A stretch of 64,000 nucleotides of DNA. Origin: Hydrolagus affinis. Lineage: Eukaryota. The notes beneath the pieces are model-generated. The model was not told the DNA's origin. It saw only the letters and a list, made by a program, of their open reading frames with translations, and ran no database searches. Shown here piece by piece: positions 1 through 12,387 of this stretch (position 1 is the stretch's first letter; every line of letters begins with the position of its first letter). The position numbers were made by a program, and so were the translations under genes. The DNA lies in contig JAAILG010001494.1 in assembly GCA_012026655.1 (NCBI GenBank), positions 1 through 64,000 of the forward strand, given 5' to 3'.

Positions 1-153
1 CTGGGTCTTGTAGTTCAGTGTGCGCGCATTCCTATTTTTTACCTCGATATATCGATTTTCGATATATTGATATTTTTGAAATGCCTATATCGGCGTATCG
101 ATATGAAAATTATATCGGGTTTTAGCGATATATCGATATATCACCGGACCCTA
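1..153. mobile_element. Right end of a non-autonomous hAT-like MITE rich in GATATATCGATA subterminal repeats (cut by window edge)
   Basis: Ends in GATATATCACCGGACCCTA; aligns to the right end of the copy at 40792-41160 (tatcgatatgaaaattatatcg shared). Confidence 0.8.
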
Positions 154-299
154 CTACTTGCCCATTTGGGAGTTGAAATATACAAAATTTTCTTTCAGAT
201 TCGAAGTGCTAATTATCTTTCGAATTCATTAAGAAACAGAGCATCTCTCACCCTTTGGTATTAACAAAAGCATCCATTAGCTTTGGAGATTACTTATTA

Positions 300-492
300 T
301 TTTAATAATATTGTCACTCAATTTATGACTGTTTGTGGGACACTGCTGTGCACCATTCACTGCCTTGCTTTGTCCACAAAATATACAGTCAATTCACTTA
401 ACAGTATATTCTGTGATACTCTTTGGGATGTCTTGAGGTATATTTGTATGTGCATAAGGTGCTATATCAAACACAAGGATTTATTATTATTT
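300..492 (+). mobile_element. SINE 3' half (other tail-only copies near 17165-17287, 47470-47570, 47630-47750, 51900-52020, 55024-55133, 56427-56530, 58965-59073)
   Basis: gtttgtgggacactgctgtgcac..cacaaaatatacagtcaattcact..gctatatcaaa..ggattt(att)n. Confidence 0.8.
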
Positions 493-780
493 ATTTATAG
501 ATGCAAAATCAAATGCGAGAATTATTAGTAGTAGTAGTAAACAGGATTTGTTATGTTAATTGCAATTTTTGGCTTGTAAAATGGCAAATCATCAATTAAC
601 AAAGTACAACAAAAAATCTTGGAGAGCTAAATTCCTGTTATTTTGCACTGTTTGCTCATCAACATCTTCAGGGTTTACCGATTAGGGATATACTCTACAA
701 AGTTTGTAAACTGGAAGTTGCAATTAACATAACAAATCCAATGAAACATTGAACACCCCTCTGATATATGTTATTGCACA

Positions 781-1095
781 AATAATAATAATAATCCTTG
801 CATTTGATATAGCGCTTTTCACGTCTTCCAGACGTCTCAGAGCGCTTCCCAGAATATACTGTAAAGTCAATAAACTGTGTATTTGTGGGTGAAACGTGGC
901 AGCCAATAGTGCACAGCAGTGTCCCACAAACAGTTGTGGATTGAACTGACCAATTTTCATAATTGTGTTTTTTTTGGAGGAATTATTAAAAGGCATGTGG
1001 AGTAAGGAAATTTGCCGAAGGTTTTGCCCTGACCTGCCTGGATTCAAGCACAGGTCTCACGCTTGTAATGCAAGTGCTCTAACCACTGAGCTACA
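781..1095 (-). mobile_element. tRNA-derived SINE, near full length
   Basis: Minus-strand head TGTAGCTCAGTGGTTAGAGCACTTGC..GAGACCTG (Pol III A/B-box-like) and tail GCGCTATATCAAATGCAAGG(ATT)n. Confidence 0.88.
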
Positions 1096-1899
1096 CCTAC
1101 ATCAATGCATATCTAAAAGTAACCATCCTCCCATGTGCCATGGAGCTAATTCATCCCACTTGATAGTAGGACAGAGCAAGTGTCAGGTGGTAGGTGGATA
1201 ATTGGTGAACAGGAGAAATGATTCCTTAGACAATCTATTGCCAACATGTCCGAGTAACACATCTGCTACTTTGGAATTACTACCACCACAGGACCACTGG
1301 GATACTGTGCTCAGCATCTGCGCTCATAACTGAAACATTATCCTAAATGAAAGATGCTACATAAATGCAAGTTGTTGTTGCTAATTCAGAGTTAATTGTT
1401 TGTACGTGTTCACAGAAAAATGGTTAACTTGTACAAAAAACATCACACCTGAAACTATGAATATGTCTGGAATGTACACAAGTGAGTATTTCAAATGTGG
1501 TAACAAAAGTGCAAATTTTACACTACATTAAGTGGACACTTAAGTCATTTGAAATTATCAATGTAAGGAGAGGATTAACCATATCACTGCCTATTTATTG
1601 GAACGTGAAGCTCTGTCAAAGCTGGTTGAAAACAAATTCAAAACGAATTCATTTTACATGCATTTATCCTTTGCATCATTAAGCACTTGAGAAGGGGTCT
1701 GCAAGGAAGCTGCTAGTGTGCCTTTTCATGTTTAACAAGATTTTCTGGGCACATAAAATCTGCCAGAAATGAAAGGTACTTTAGAAATTCAATTTGTTGC
1801 TATTTGTGTGTTGTTGAACAGGTTTAGTTTGTGAAACTCTTCACATTTGTGTAATAAATGGGGCCTCAACACATGGACACTAAGAACTCGTAAAAAGTT

Positions 1900-2205
1900 A
1901 TAATAATAATCCTTGAATTTGATATAGCTGCTTTTCACGTCTTCTAAACTCCCAAAGTGCTTCACAGATTATACTATAAAGTGAATTGACTGTATATTTG
2001 TGGGCAAAACATGGCAGCCAATTGCGCACAGCAGTGTCCCATAAACAGTTGTGGATTGAAATGACCAATTTTATTACTGTGGTTTTTTAAGAGAGATTAT
2101 TATTAGGTGTGTGGAGTAAGGAAACTTGCCAAAGTTTCACCCTGACCTGCCTGGATTCGAACACAGGTCCCACACTTGTAAGGTTAACCACTGAGCTGCA
2201 GGACT
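1900..2205 (-). mobile_element. tRNA-derived SINE, near full length
   Basis: Colinear with 781-1095; head GAGTCCTGCAGCTCAGTGGTT, B-box-like GTTCGAATCC, (ATT)n tail. Confidence 0.88.
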
Positions 2206-3475
2206 CCACAAGTTTCGATACCAGAGAGAAAGCACAACACATCAATCGGAGATCCGAATTGACTGTGGTCAATAAGGCATTATTTTATGTGCTGTACATT
2301 TCACTTGTAAACATGAAAAGGCACACACACTTATAGCTTCCTTGCAGATCCCTTCTCAAGGGATTAATGATGTAAAGAGTAAATGTATGTAAAACAAAAT
2401 TAGTTTTGAATTGGAAGGAAAGGATTTCAAGTAAATCTTCTGACAACAGTAATTATATTGTAATCCTGAATCTGAACTGCTTTCAGGATAGCCTGGAACT
2501 GATCATTTCCTTAATATAGACATGTATCAAGTATTCAGCAGCAGTCGAACTTAGGCCAACAAATTCTGTAACGGTGAGAAAATGCTTTCTAGATTAGCAA
2601 AGAGAGAGAGAGACTTGCAAGTCTTCTGCCAGACAAAGTTCCCCTTGTGTTCCTTCTCTACCTATAAACAAGCAGCCACTCTGTAAATTCCCAGCATTAA
2701 TCTCTGCTGAGTGATGTGCTGCTTAATAGCACAAAGAACCTCAGACTAAAGCAGAAACCCGGTCAGCCCCTTGGCCCTTCAGCCTCCTTCTCAACATCTC
2801 ACTGAAATCTCCAGCCCTGTGTTCTCCGCCCATCATTTGCACCAGCCATCCCGTTCATTTTCAACGAGGCAACGAAAGACCTGTCAGAGAGTTGTCCCAT
2901 TATTAATTATTATATAAAACAGCCAGCTCTATTTTTTTCCTCTCCTCAAATAAGACTTAATCCTCATTTAGTTCCTTTGTTTTCAGTGAGGCCTCAAAAT
3001 TCTCGTCTGGTGGAATGCAGGCTAGGGATTAAAGGAAGGGAACCAATCTGCAATAAATTCAGGATGTGATCTGCTCTGACCTCATCAAATAAATCAGCTG
3101 AAAGTTACTTTATAAATCCCCCAGTCATTCTTTAACAGGATCAATGCATGTCAGAAACTCGTCAATCCTGCTAGATTATCTTAAAACAGTATAATTTATA
3201 GAATTCTTCAATATGCTTGGCCAGTGCAGGAAAGCAGGTTTAACACCCTATTGAAACAAATGAAAAGACCACAGAGATACAATGACACACAAAAGTAACA
3301 ATGATTAAAGCCAGACTGTGTTTCCGAGATTGCAGCCCAAACATGACTTTGCTCGCTGGCTTGTATTGAATTCCTAATAGCCCTGCTGCCTGCATTAAAA
3401 TATCTACAATATCTGCAGGAACAATAGCATGTCTATCTCAGCAAACTCTAAAGACCATGCTAAATACCAACATTT

Positions 3476-3773
3476 CAGTGTATCAAATCCTGTTTTATTT
3501 TGAGATGTGTGGTGGTAATATTATAAGGGTATCTCGTGCTAATCTTAAAATGATATCTCATGAAGCAACAATGAAATACTGAGTTCCCAGATTGGCAAAA
3601 ATAGCTGTTTTCTGGGATCAGTGATTTCAAACTGATGGTGGTAAGAATCTGTTGAGTTAACAATAATTTTGCACTGCCCCTGGGATGTGTGTATATGTGG
3701 TTGGGTGGGGGTACACGATAATGTTGAAAATAAACAAGGGGCATACATTACTGAAAAAGGTTGAGAACCACTG
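3476..3773. mobile_element. Degenerate hAT-Charlie-like DNA transposon remnant
   Basis: Right end AAAAAGGTTGAGAACCACTG resembles Charlie/MER5-type termini; left CAGTG end is only tentative. Confidence 0.45.
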
Positions 3774-3849
3774 ATCTACAGTATTGTGTCCAATTCTGGG
3801 CACCACACTTTAGGAAGGATATCAAGGTCTTGGAGGGAGTCATGGGGAG

Positions 3850-4437
3850 GGGGTAAAAAAGTGACCAAAAGCGTGCTTGAAGAGAAAAGTCAGGCTTGAC
3901 CTGATAATTGCAAAGGAAGGGCAAGGCGAAGTGAGTGATGGACGGAGTTTCAGAGCCTCAGGGCATAGTGGCTGAAGGCACGGCTGCCGAAGATGGAATT
4001 GAGAATTTGAGGGACAAGGAGGAGGCCAGAGCAAAGGCAATGGGTACTGCTGTGACAATAGAGGCGGTCAGAGAGGTAGGGGGATGAAGAGGAGTGCAGG
4101 GATTTGAACACAGTGTTGAACACAGGAGTACGGATCTTGAAATCGATCTGCTATGAGACGGAGCCAGCGAAGTCTGGCAAGGACTGGGGTAATCGTGGAG
4201 TGAAGTTTGGTTCGGGTGAGAATGCGTGTGATGGAATTCGGATAAACTGGATTTTGTGAATGGTGCTGGAGGGGAGACCGGCGAAAAGGGCATTGGAGTA
4301 GTCCAGCCAAGAGGTGACAAAGGCATGGACCAGGGTTTCGGCAGCTTTTGGTATGAGATATTGGCGGAGATGGGTGATGTGTCAGAGATGGAAGAAGGCA
4401 GTGCTGGTGAGGCACTGGATGTGGGGGAGGAAGGATA
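3850..4437 (-). mobile_element. L2 LINE 3' fragment
   Basis: ORF 4068-4415 (-) has ITRILTRTKLHSTITPVLARLRWL, the L2 RT C-terminal motif; purine-rich plus strand. Confidence 0.85.
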
Positions 4438-6849
4438 ATTGTAACTGTAATATTACATTATAACTAATATTCTATAATCATATTAATATATTCTATGAGC
4501 ACAGAGAACACCTATGGTTCTCTGCTTTTTAAAAAAAAATCTGTATTTGGATTAATGCCATTTGCTCAGCCAAAACGTTAAAGAGCAAAATTTAAACTTC
4601 ATTTGGGGCATTCACTGAAGATTACACCCAGCTAGAGGTCACAGAATTGTTCACCACAGATTCCCCACATCAACTGAGTGTGGTAAATATTTGGGCAGAA
4701 CAAACTGAGTGGTTCAGGTGATGTTATCCTGAAGTATGCTCAAGCTACATTAGGTTTGTATTATATACCGCAGTAGAGTACGGTGGAACGTTATTATATT
4801 TCTGCAGAGTTCCTCTTTGCCAGTTGTAGGTGTCATGTCAGATAGCAGTGGACAACAAGCACTGCAATCACATGGTCTGAACTGAAGAGCCATTGAACTA
4901 CACTGATATTGCTTTCCATTAGTTTCCTTGTTAACAGGGGAAGCAACCGACTAGCTCCCCTGTATATAACACAGATCACAAAGACATTCAGTTTATGCAC
5001 TCCACCTGATTTGGCATCTAAATGGAATCTGACATGTTATTTGCTACTAGCTTGCACCTTCTCATTCATTAGGGAGCTGAATGGGCTCTTGCTGTTGCCA
5101 AGTAACGGGGCTGACCAATGACAAAGAGAATCCGCATTTAAATACTTGTGAAATCTTGACAGAAAACATTTCCCCTTTAATCAAATAAAGGTTTGACTGT
5201 GACTGTAACTGACAGGATTTCTGAATTTCCAATTCTGTCCAAATCATTCTCAATTCTTGTTGAAACAACTGGAAATTATTTTACAAGTAAATTCACAGAT
5301 TGACAGAAGTGAGGGGCACCCACTGTATCCTGTGCTCCTCTCACTCCATCCACCACCAACATCTCCCATAAAGATTTCACGAGCAAAATATTAAATAACA
5401 GGTACATGCTGGGAATCTCAAATATAAACAAAACACAAAATACTAGATGCTGAGAAGCTGCCTGATCTGCTGAGTTTCCCCAGCAACTTCTATTTTTTTT
5501 TTGGCAAATAACAGGTGTTTTGATAAGCAAATATTTTAAAATTATTTTAGTCCAAAATAGTATTGTAATTTATATGAACTGCTCTGAACTTTGGGCTATA
5601 TACATGGACATGATTACATATTTCAGATCAAAGCAATTGCATATGGAGAACTCCTGAAGTAAAATTAATTTAAGTGCCTTAACACCAAAGTGCAGGATAG
5701 ATGTAAGAGAAATGAATCACACAGTCCTTGAATATACATGCACACACACAGCCACATGTATGAACACACAAACACTCAAATTGAAAAAGTAAAATCCTCC
5801 CATTCACATATTGACTTTATTTGGTGCAGAATACCGAAAGGTAACAAAAATACTAAATGATTTGAGAGTTCAGATGAGGCCTTTGAAGCTAGGGGTTCTC
5901 TTGATTATATCTTGGAGCACGGCCAATTATGCAAAGAGAACGCCCCCATTTTGGTTTAGTGGCTGTTTTTGCCTCTAGAAAAAACAATGGGAGCTGGTTG
6001 TTATTTTAAATTATTTTTTCAGGTTTCCTTTGGGTAGTAAAAGAAAACAGTGCACACAAATGTTGCTGGGCAAGTGTTTGTGTTCCCCCCCTCTCCCATT
6101 TTTCCCTGGCAAGCAATTCTATGACCTCTATGTGGAACTAATCTCCAGTGAATGCCCTCAATGAAGTTTAATTTTGTCCTTTAAAGTCTGGCCTTTGGAA
6201 ATGGCATCAATCCAAAGACATAATTTTTTTTTTAAAAAGCGCAAAACAGAATCCCATATCCGCTGTGGTTCAGCCTGTTTTGTGATCTGTTAAATAGGTT
6301 GAATTAGCTACTAATCCATGTTCTTTAGTTTTGGAGGAAAAATAAAATAATGAATGGGCATGCATTTAAAAGACTCTCCCGCCCCCACCTTACCAAGTGC
6401 TTTGTGGGCATGAGCATAGAGCAGATCTAGTCATGGCCCTGGACCGACAATGCATTGTTGAATGTTTAAATGAAGATTTCATTTGTCCATAAAGGATAAT
6501 TCGCTAGAATTTTTTTTGTGGGGATGGGTTCATAGTAATGTTGTTTAGTTACTTTTATGCACATTTTTGGCATTTACCCTTATGTTTAAGATTTTTGAGG
6601 CAGCAGCTAAGTGCTATTCAGCTACAATTGCCAAATAGGTTGGCTCTAATTTACCAAATGAAAAGGAATGGTCATGAATAGGCTTAAAAAAATTGATTCT
6701 GCCCACCCAAGTTTTAAATCTCTACATCACTTTACTCTAGCTGTCAGGTTCTCTTCAACCTCTATTCATCCATGGAAGAGGTGAGCTGGTACTCGCCCCT
6801 GGGTTTACAGGTTCAGTATCAAATGACGATTCTCACTGCGGAGAGGAAG

Positions 6850-7085
6850 AAAGTCATCTACATTTATATAGTTGCGTTCACATGGGGTAACGTCCCAGAG
6901 CACTTGATAGTGGCAGAGTTTGACCCTGAGCCAGCGGGAGAGGGAGTGGGGAGGTGACCATAAGCACAATCAAAAAGAAAAGTCTTCAGGTGGGTTTGAA
7001 AGTGTGAAGGGAGGGGATAAAGTGGAGGGAATGAGGGCGGGAGTTCCAGAACTTTGGGCATAGCTGTCAACAACTGGAGAGACAT
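6850..7085 (-). mobile_element. L2 LINE 3' end
   Basis: FQTHLKTFLFDCAY motif in ORF 6864-7085 and L2 tail (ctacatttatatagt..ttcac). Confidence 0.75.
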
Positions 7086-7765
7086 TTATGATCTGCAGGA
7101 ATTACACAAATCAAAACATGTTTAGACAGAGATCTGCTTGATTTTGTAAGAGTCACAATAATTAACAGAGATCACATTTCGAAAACCAGAACAATTCTCA
7201 ATCTTAATGACCGACGTTTAACAAGTACAGTATATTTATGTGTGTGTATCGATATATATTGTATATATATTTATATTGTGTGTCTATATTAGAAACAGCT
7301 TGTTATTGTAGTCTGATGACTGCTGTTTGAATATTTTCTCACATAGATCTGTCAGAAGATTAGGAAGGTCCAAAATTCAACCCACAATGTATTCAGAGAT
7401 TGGGAAAGTATATTTGTTTGTTTGTGTATATATAGGGAGTGGGGGGTGAAGTGTAATATCAATTAAGGTGCCAATTCTTGAATCTATTTTGTGAATACCT
7501 GGGAGTATCAGGATCTGCAGTAAAGTTATTTTTTTCCCACATAGGCCATTCCTCACATGTCAGCAATATAGTTCATTGCTGTCTATATGCTCAAATGTAT
7601 AAATGGACATGTTATTAAATGACCCCACGACACACACACTTCCAGTCAAAGCCAACAACTTCAGGAGTGCAGCTTGGAAATGGAATAACATAATTAAGTA
7701 ATTGCAAGAGGGAACATTTCTTCCACCCATGAAAATATTGGACTTTTTGAGTCGGGGAAATATTA

Positions 7766-8236
7766 TTCATAGAATCATAGAATTTTTCAGCACAAAAGTA
7801 AGCCATTTGGCCCATTGAGTCTGTGCTAACTCTATGAAAAGAGCTCTCCAAGTTAATCCCACTCCCCTGCTCTGTCCCCATAACCCCGCAAACCCATCCT
7901 CCCCAACTAACCATCCACCTCTCTTTTAAAAGTTGTTATCGAATCAGCCTCCACCAGCCTTTCAGGTAATGCATTTCAGATTTAAACAACTCACTACATG
8001 AAAACATTTTTCCTCACCTCCCATCTGCTTCTTTTAGAAGCTATTTTAAATATGTGACTTTGAGTCACTGACACACCCACCAGTGGAAACAGTTTTTTCC
8101 CTGTTTACCCTATTGCCTCCCCTCATAATTTTGAAAACCTCCATTAGGTCTCCTCGAAACCTTCTCTGCTCCAATGAGAATAATTCTAGCCTCTCTAGCC
8201 TTTCCTCATAACCAAAGTCCCTCATTCCTGGTACCA
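7766..8236 (-). mobile_element. CR1 LINE 3' fragment
   Basis: ORF 8046-8330 contains PGMRDFGYEERLERLELFSLEQRRFRGDLMEVFKIMRG; (TTCTATGA)n tail near 7766-7782. Confidence 0.9.
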
Positions 8237-9334
8237 GGAATATATTATTATATCCACACAATAAATAAACTGAGCAATACAATACAAAATAACATTTGTT
8301 TAGCACCTTTATACTGGAAGGACATCCCAAAATATTGAAGGAGGGATGAACAAAGCTAAAACTTTAGAGGTCACTGCCAGGACTACATAACCTCTCACTT
8401 TTCCTCTGCCTCATCCACAGGCTGTTAGAAAACAGTTGACAGCTGGAAAGGCACTGAGGCAAAAGCGCTCACTGATTTGTGGGGAAATAATATTGTGTGG
8501 AATATTACCTGGAGAGTTCTGTTGTCAAAAGTTCTGTATCAAGATGTCAATAGCAACAAAACAAGTGCACATAACACATTAATATTCCAGCTCATACATA
8601 AATAGTTTGATAGTGTCTTTGCAACTTTGTTCTGCATACCACAATATAATTCTTATGTAACTTTAAATAAGGGGAGACATTGATTTCAGCAGGCCGAATA
8701 CTATATAATTCAACTTAATTTTACGTATAAATTCATTCAAAATAAATCTCCCTGGTCTTCACTGTTGTAAGAGATATGAAATGGTCAGACATTAAAATGA
8801 CAGTTGATCATAAAAGATAAAATGTAATTTGTCCCCCTTTTATCTAATGTACTTATTCCACAGGCAGTTCATATCCTCCTCCTGAAAATAAAGTAAAACT
8901 CTTTTGTCGCATCCAGTTCATAGCCTCCAAAGACAGTATAACTTGCACCAGCATGGATACTTCTCAAATCATTCAATCTCTTGAAGGAGGCAACCTAATA
9001 TAGGTAGCCTCTCTGGGTATATTTCACAGTGATCCAACAAAAACAACAACAAAATTACATTTCTAGAGAATTGATCAGCACAATTCCAGGAAACGAATTA
9101 ATCTTTACCATCCCCAACATTCAGCTTCCTCCAGTTATGTTCCATGGGTGACCAAACCACAATCTCTTTCACAGAAATTAAATGGGATTGAAAAAATAGA
9201 ACAGGAGAGTACAAATTACATTTGTGAACGGCACACTCAGGACAGCCATCAGGAAGTTTTTCTTTATCCAGAAAATAACTAATGACGGAAACAAGTTTTT
9301 AGGGATATTGGCAGCATATAACACCCACTAAAAA

Positions 9335-9760
9335 AAAATCCTTGAATTTAATGTACTTCCCTTTCATGTTAGAATAATGTTTCAATGTGCTTCACAGGAT
9401 GTATTATCAAGTGTGGTGATTGTTGATTTTATAGCTGAATGCGGAAGCCAATTTACGCAAGCAAATTCCCACTAACAGCCATGAAGTGAATCATCATTTT
9501 TATTTGGGGGGATTGTTAGCCAGGATACAGAGATGAAGTCCCTTTATAAAATACTGTTGCGGGACCTTACATGTTTACTTGAACAGGCACAGAGGAATCT
9601 CGATTTAACATCTCATACAAAGGATGACATCTCCAACAATGCAAGCATCCCAACGATATATTGGAGTGCCAGCATAGACCATATAAGTTCCAAGTCCCAA
9701 AGTGGGGCTTGAACCGATAAACTTCAGACTCAGAGGGTCACAACTGTGCCATGCTTGATA
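9335..9760 (-). mobile_element. Old Deu-domain-like SINE
   Basis: ctcgatttaacatctcatacaaaggatgacatctccaacaatgca..gtggggcttgaacc; related copies near 10630-10725, 13480-13730, 20950-21195, 27215-27405, 35590-35835, 37255-37550, 40762-41415, 44200-44390. Confidence 0.7.
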
Positions 9761-10964
9761 TATACATATGTCAAGGCAGGGGAAAGGCTTCTGGTTCCTT
9801 GACCTGTGTAACCCTCACTCGACTAATGTTTGGGTCAAATTTATTGCATGTAATACAATCCAGTTAATATGTTGAAGTAACCATTTTGTTCCAAAAGATC
9901 TGGTTGCTGAAGGATGAAATATGTGTATAAATTAATTTGTCAGTCTTCATTCTTGACAAATTAGAGAAAATAGTTTGAGGAAAGATGAATTTTAAACATC
10001 CCCAAATCCCCTTTGAAATAATCTTTTACAATTGGATTTATCAATCTCATTACTTGAAGGTACAGATGAGTCTCAAAGAGGACAGCTTTATTATCAATAT
10101 TAGACAGTGATGGCAAATTTGGGCTGTGAGCAAGATCATTTTGCACCTGCTCATAAAAGACTTTAGCTGTCTATGGAGCTGTGTGTAAAAACAATGCATG
10201 TCCGTTAATCTATTTGACAGCTTGGCATTGAAATTCCACCTGGGTCTTGATTTACTCTATTTATGTTGTGATTCAGAAAATCCAGAACTTGACAAATTAT
10301 AGACTTTAGTCTTAACTTTAAAGACAGTTCTCTGTAGTTCTCAAAATAAATTCGAGGAAACCTTTCAAAATTATGAAAATTATTATGTTTAATAATTGTT
10401 CAACTTCTGGATGCTCTGACATGTTAAGAAAATAGTTAAACTTACACAAGCAGAATTTCTCTCCCGATATCCTGGTTTAGAAAAAATATGCCAGAGTGTA
10501 GAGATTATGGAGGAAATTGAGGAATACAAAAGGTTATTGTAGATTTAAATTTATTACCAAAATGGTAACACATAAATGGCAGCACCCTATATGCTGGATT
10601 CAGAACATTTTGGATATAAGACCGCCATAGGTCTTTGAACTCATAATCTAGGCTGACATTTCAGTATAGTGTTGGGTAAGTATTGTATTGTCAGAGTTAC
10701 CATCTTTCAGTTGAGATGCAAAACATTGAAATTTAGTATTAAATTGGAAGTTGGTTTATCTGAGTTGTTTAAAACAAACTGGTCTACTAGTTGTTGTGAG
10801 TAACCTTGCACAATAATTAACTCAACAACAACAGTGGGGTATGTCCAGAAATAGGATTCAAGATGCTCATTCCAATTTTTGTTAGCCAATATTGACAGTT
10901 GTCTATGATGTGCACAAATCAGCTAACAGCTATTTCTCAAAACCATTTTTCAAACTTTGATGTA

Positions 10965-11799
10965 CAAATAGATCCTGCTTACTGAACGCCCGGTTAACGA
11001 AAATTCACTGTAATGAGGGTTTCTATTTGTACCACTTATCCGCTTAACAAAAGCTACTTTCGCTATAATGAATGTTTACACACACTTTAAATCTCGCGGG
11101 CTTCTCGTGCGCAGCTTCTCATGGGTAATGTCTCTCCCGGTTGCCCCAGCAATACACTCTTAGTCTTTAGTGAGCCTCAATTAAGCAGTGCAGTGCAGCC
11201 TTTCCCATTTGGGAGGAGCTTAAACAGCAGGATGCTTTGTGGCTTCAATAATAGTAAGTCGAGGACTGTCTGTATTTTATTGTTTATTGTTATATTTACT
11301 AACATTTTAATATTTTATTGTTGTATTTAAAGTTATGTAGCCTTCAATAGCAGTTATATCTACCTTAGGCTTCGCTAGTACAGGTTGAGCGTCCTGAATT
11401 AGGATCCGTAGCCGAGCCCAGGTTCGGGTATATCTGGACAAATCGGAATGCCAGAAGCGCACCACGTGTCCGGAAATGCCTGGGCCCAGGTTGCGATATT
11501 TCGGTGCGGTGACTGTGATGACCTGGCTGGAGCAGGTAGGATTGGCATTTTTATTCTTGCAATTTTTGTCACATTCCAGATTCCGGAACTCCGGATTTTG
11601 GCTGCTCAACCTGTATACCGAAAATGTTAGCGCTAGGAACCGCTAGCAACTAAACTGATTTTAGCGGGGAGGCTCGGGTTGGAGCGGTGTTTTGGCTGCA
11701 GCCAAATGCAATAATATAGTTTAACTCTCGCTTAACATAATTTTCGCTTAACAAAGGGTTTCGAAGTCCCTAACCTCTTTGTTAAGTGGGTTCTACCTG
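10965..11799. mobile_element. Tigger/pogo-like (Tc1-mariner) non-autonomous element, TA-flanked
   Basis: TA|CAAATAGATCCTGCTTA ... TAAGTGGGTTCTACCTG|TA imperfect TIRs; subterminal CGCTTAAC repeats at both ends. Confidence 0.75.
11381..11613. mobile_element. Tigger4/MER46-like MITE nested in the previous element
   Basis: TA|CAGGTTGAGC ... GCTCAACCTG|TA, perfect 10-bp terminal inverted repeat with TA duplication; CpG-rich interior with CCGGA repeats. Confidence 0.85.
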
Positions 11800-12039
11800 T
11801 ATTTTAAAAATTGCTATTATCCTTTATGCAAAACTGGAAATGAAATAACGTTTGACTTTGATAAATGAGAGGCAACATAAATACTTTCAATCTCATTTGG
11901 AAACATTATAAATTAGACCCCAGTAACAATTTCAAGCAGGAGTAGACCATCGCAGAACAATAACAACAAAATTACACTTGTATGGCGCCTTTCACATCAG
12001 GAGGATGTCCCAAGGCGCTGGACAATCATTGTTTCAGAA

Positions 12040-12387
12040 GTCGTATAGCTCAGTGGTTGGAGCATTCGCCTTACAAGCAGGACACCTCGGTTCAATTCCA
12101 GACAGGGTTAATTAAACCTTGGGCAAGTTTCCTTACTACACATGCCGAATAATAATCCCTCCCCTAAAAAATACAAAAAATAAATTGGTCATTTCAATCC
12201 ACTACTGTTTGTGGGACACTGTTGTGCGCAATTGGCTGCTAGCTTCACCCACATAGAAACAGTTTGTTGGGATATGTCCAACAGGTCCTTTCACTTGTTG
12301 GAATATCCCGACTTTACAGTATATTCTGTGAAGCACTTTGAGACGTCTAGAAGATGCTATAACAAATGCCAGGATTATTATTATTAT
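12040..12387 (+). mobile_element. tRNA-derived SINE
   Basis: gtcgtatagctcagtggttggagcattcgcc..ggttcaattcc..ccttgggcaagtttccttact..aaatgccaggattattatt. Confidence 0.88.
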
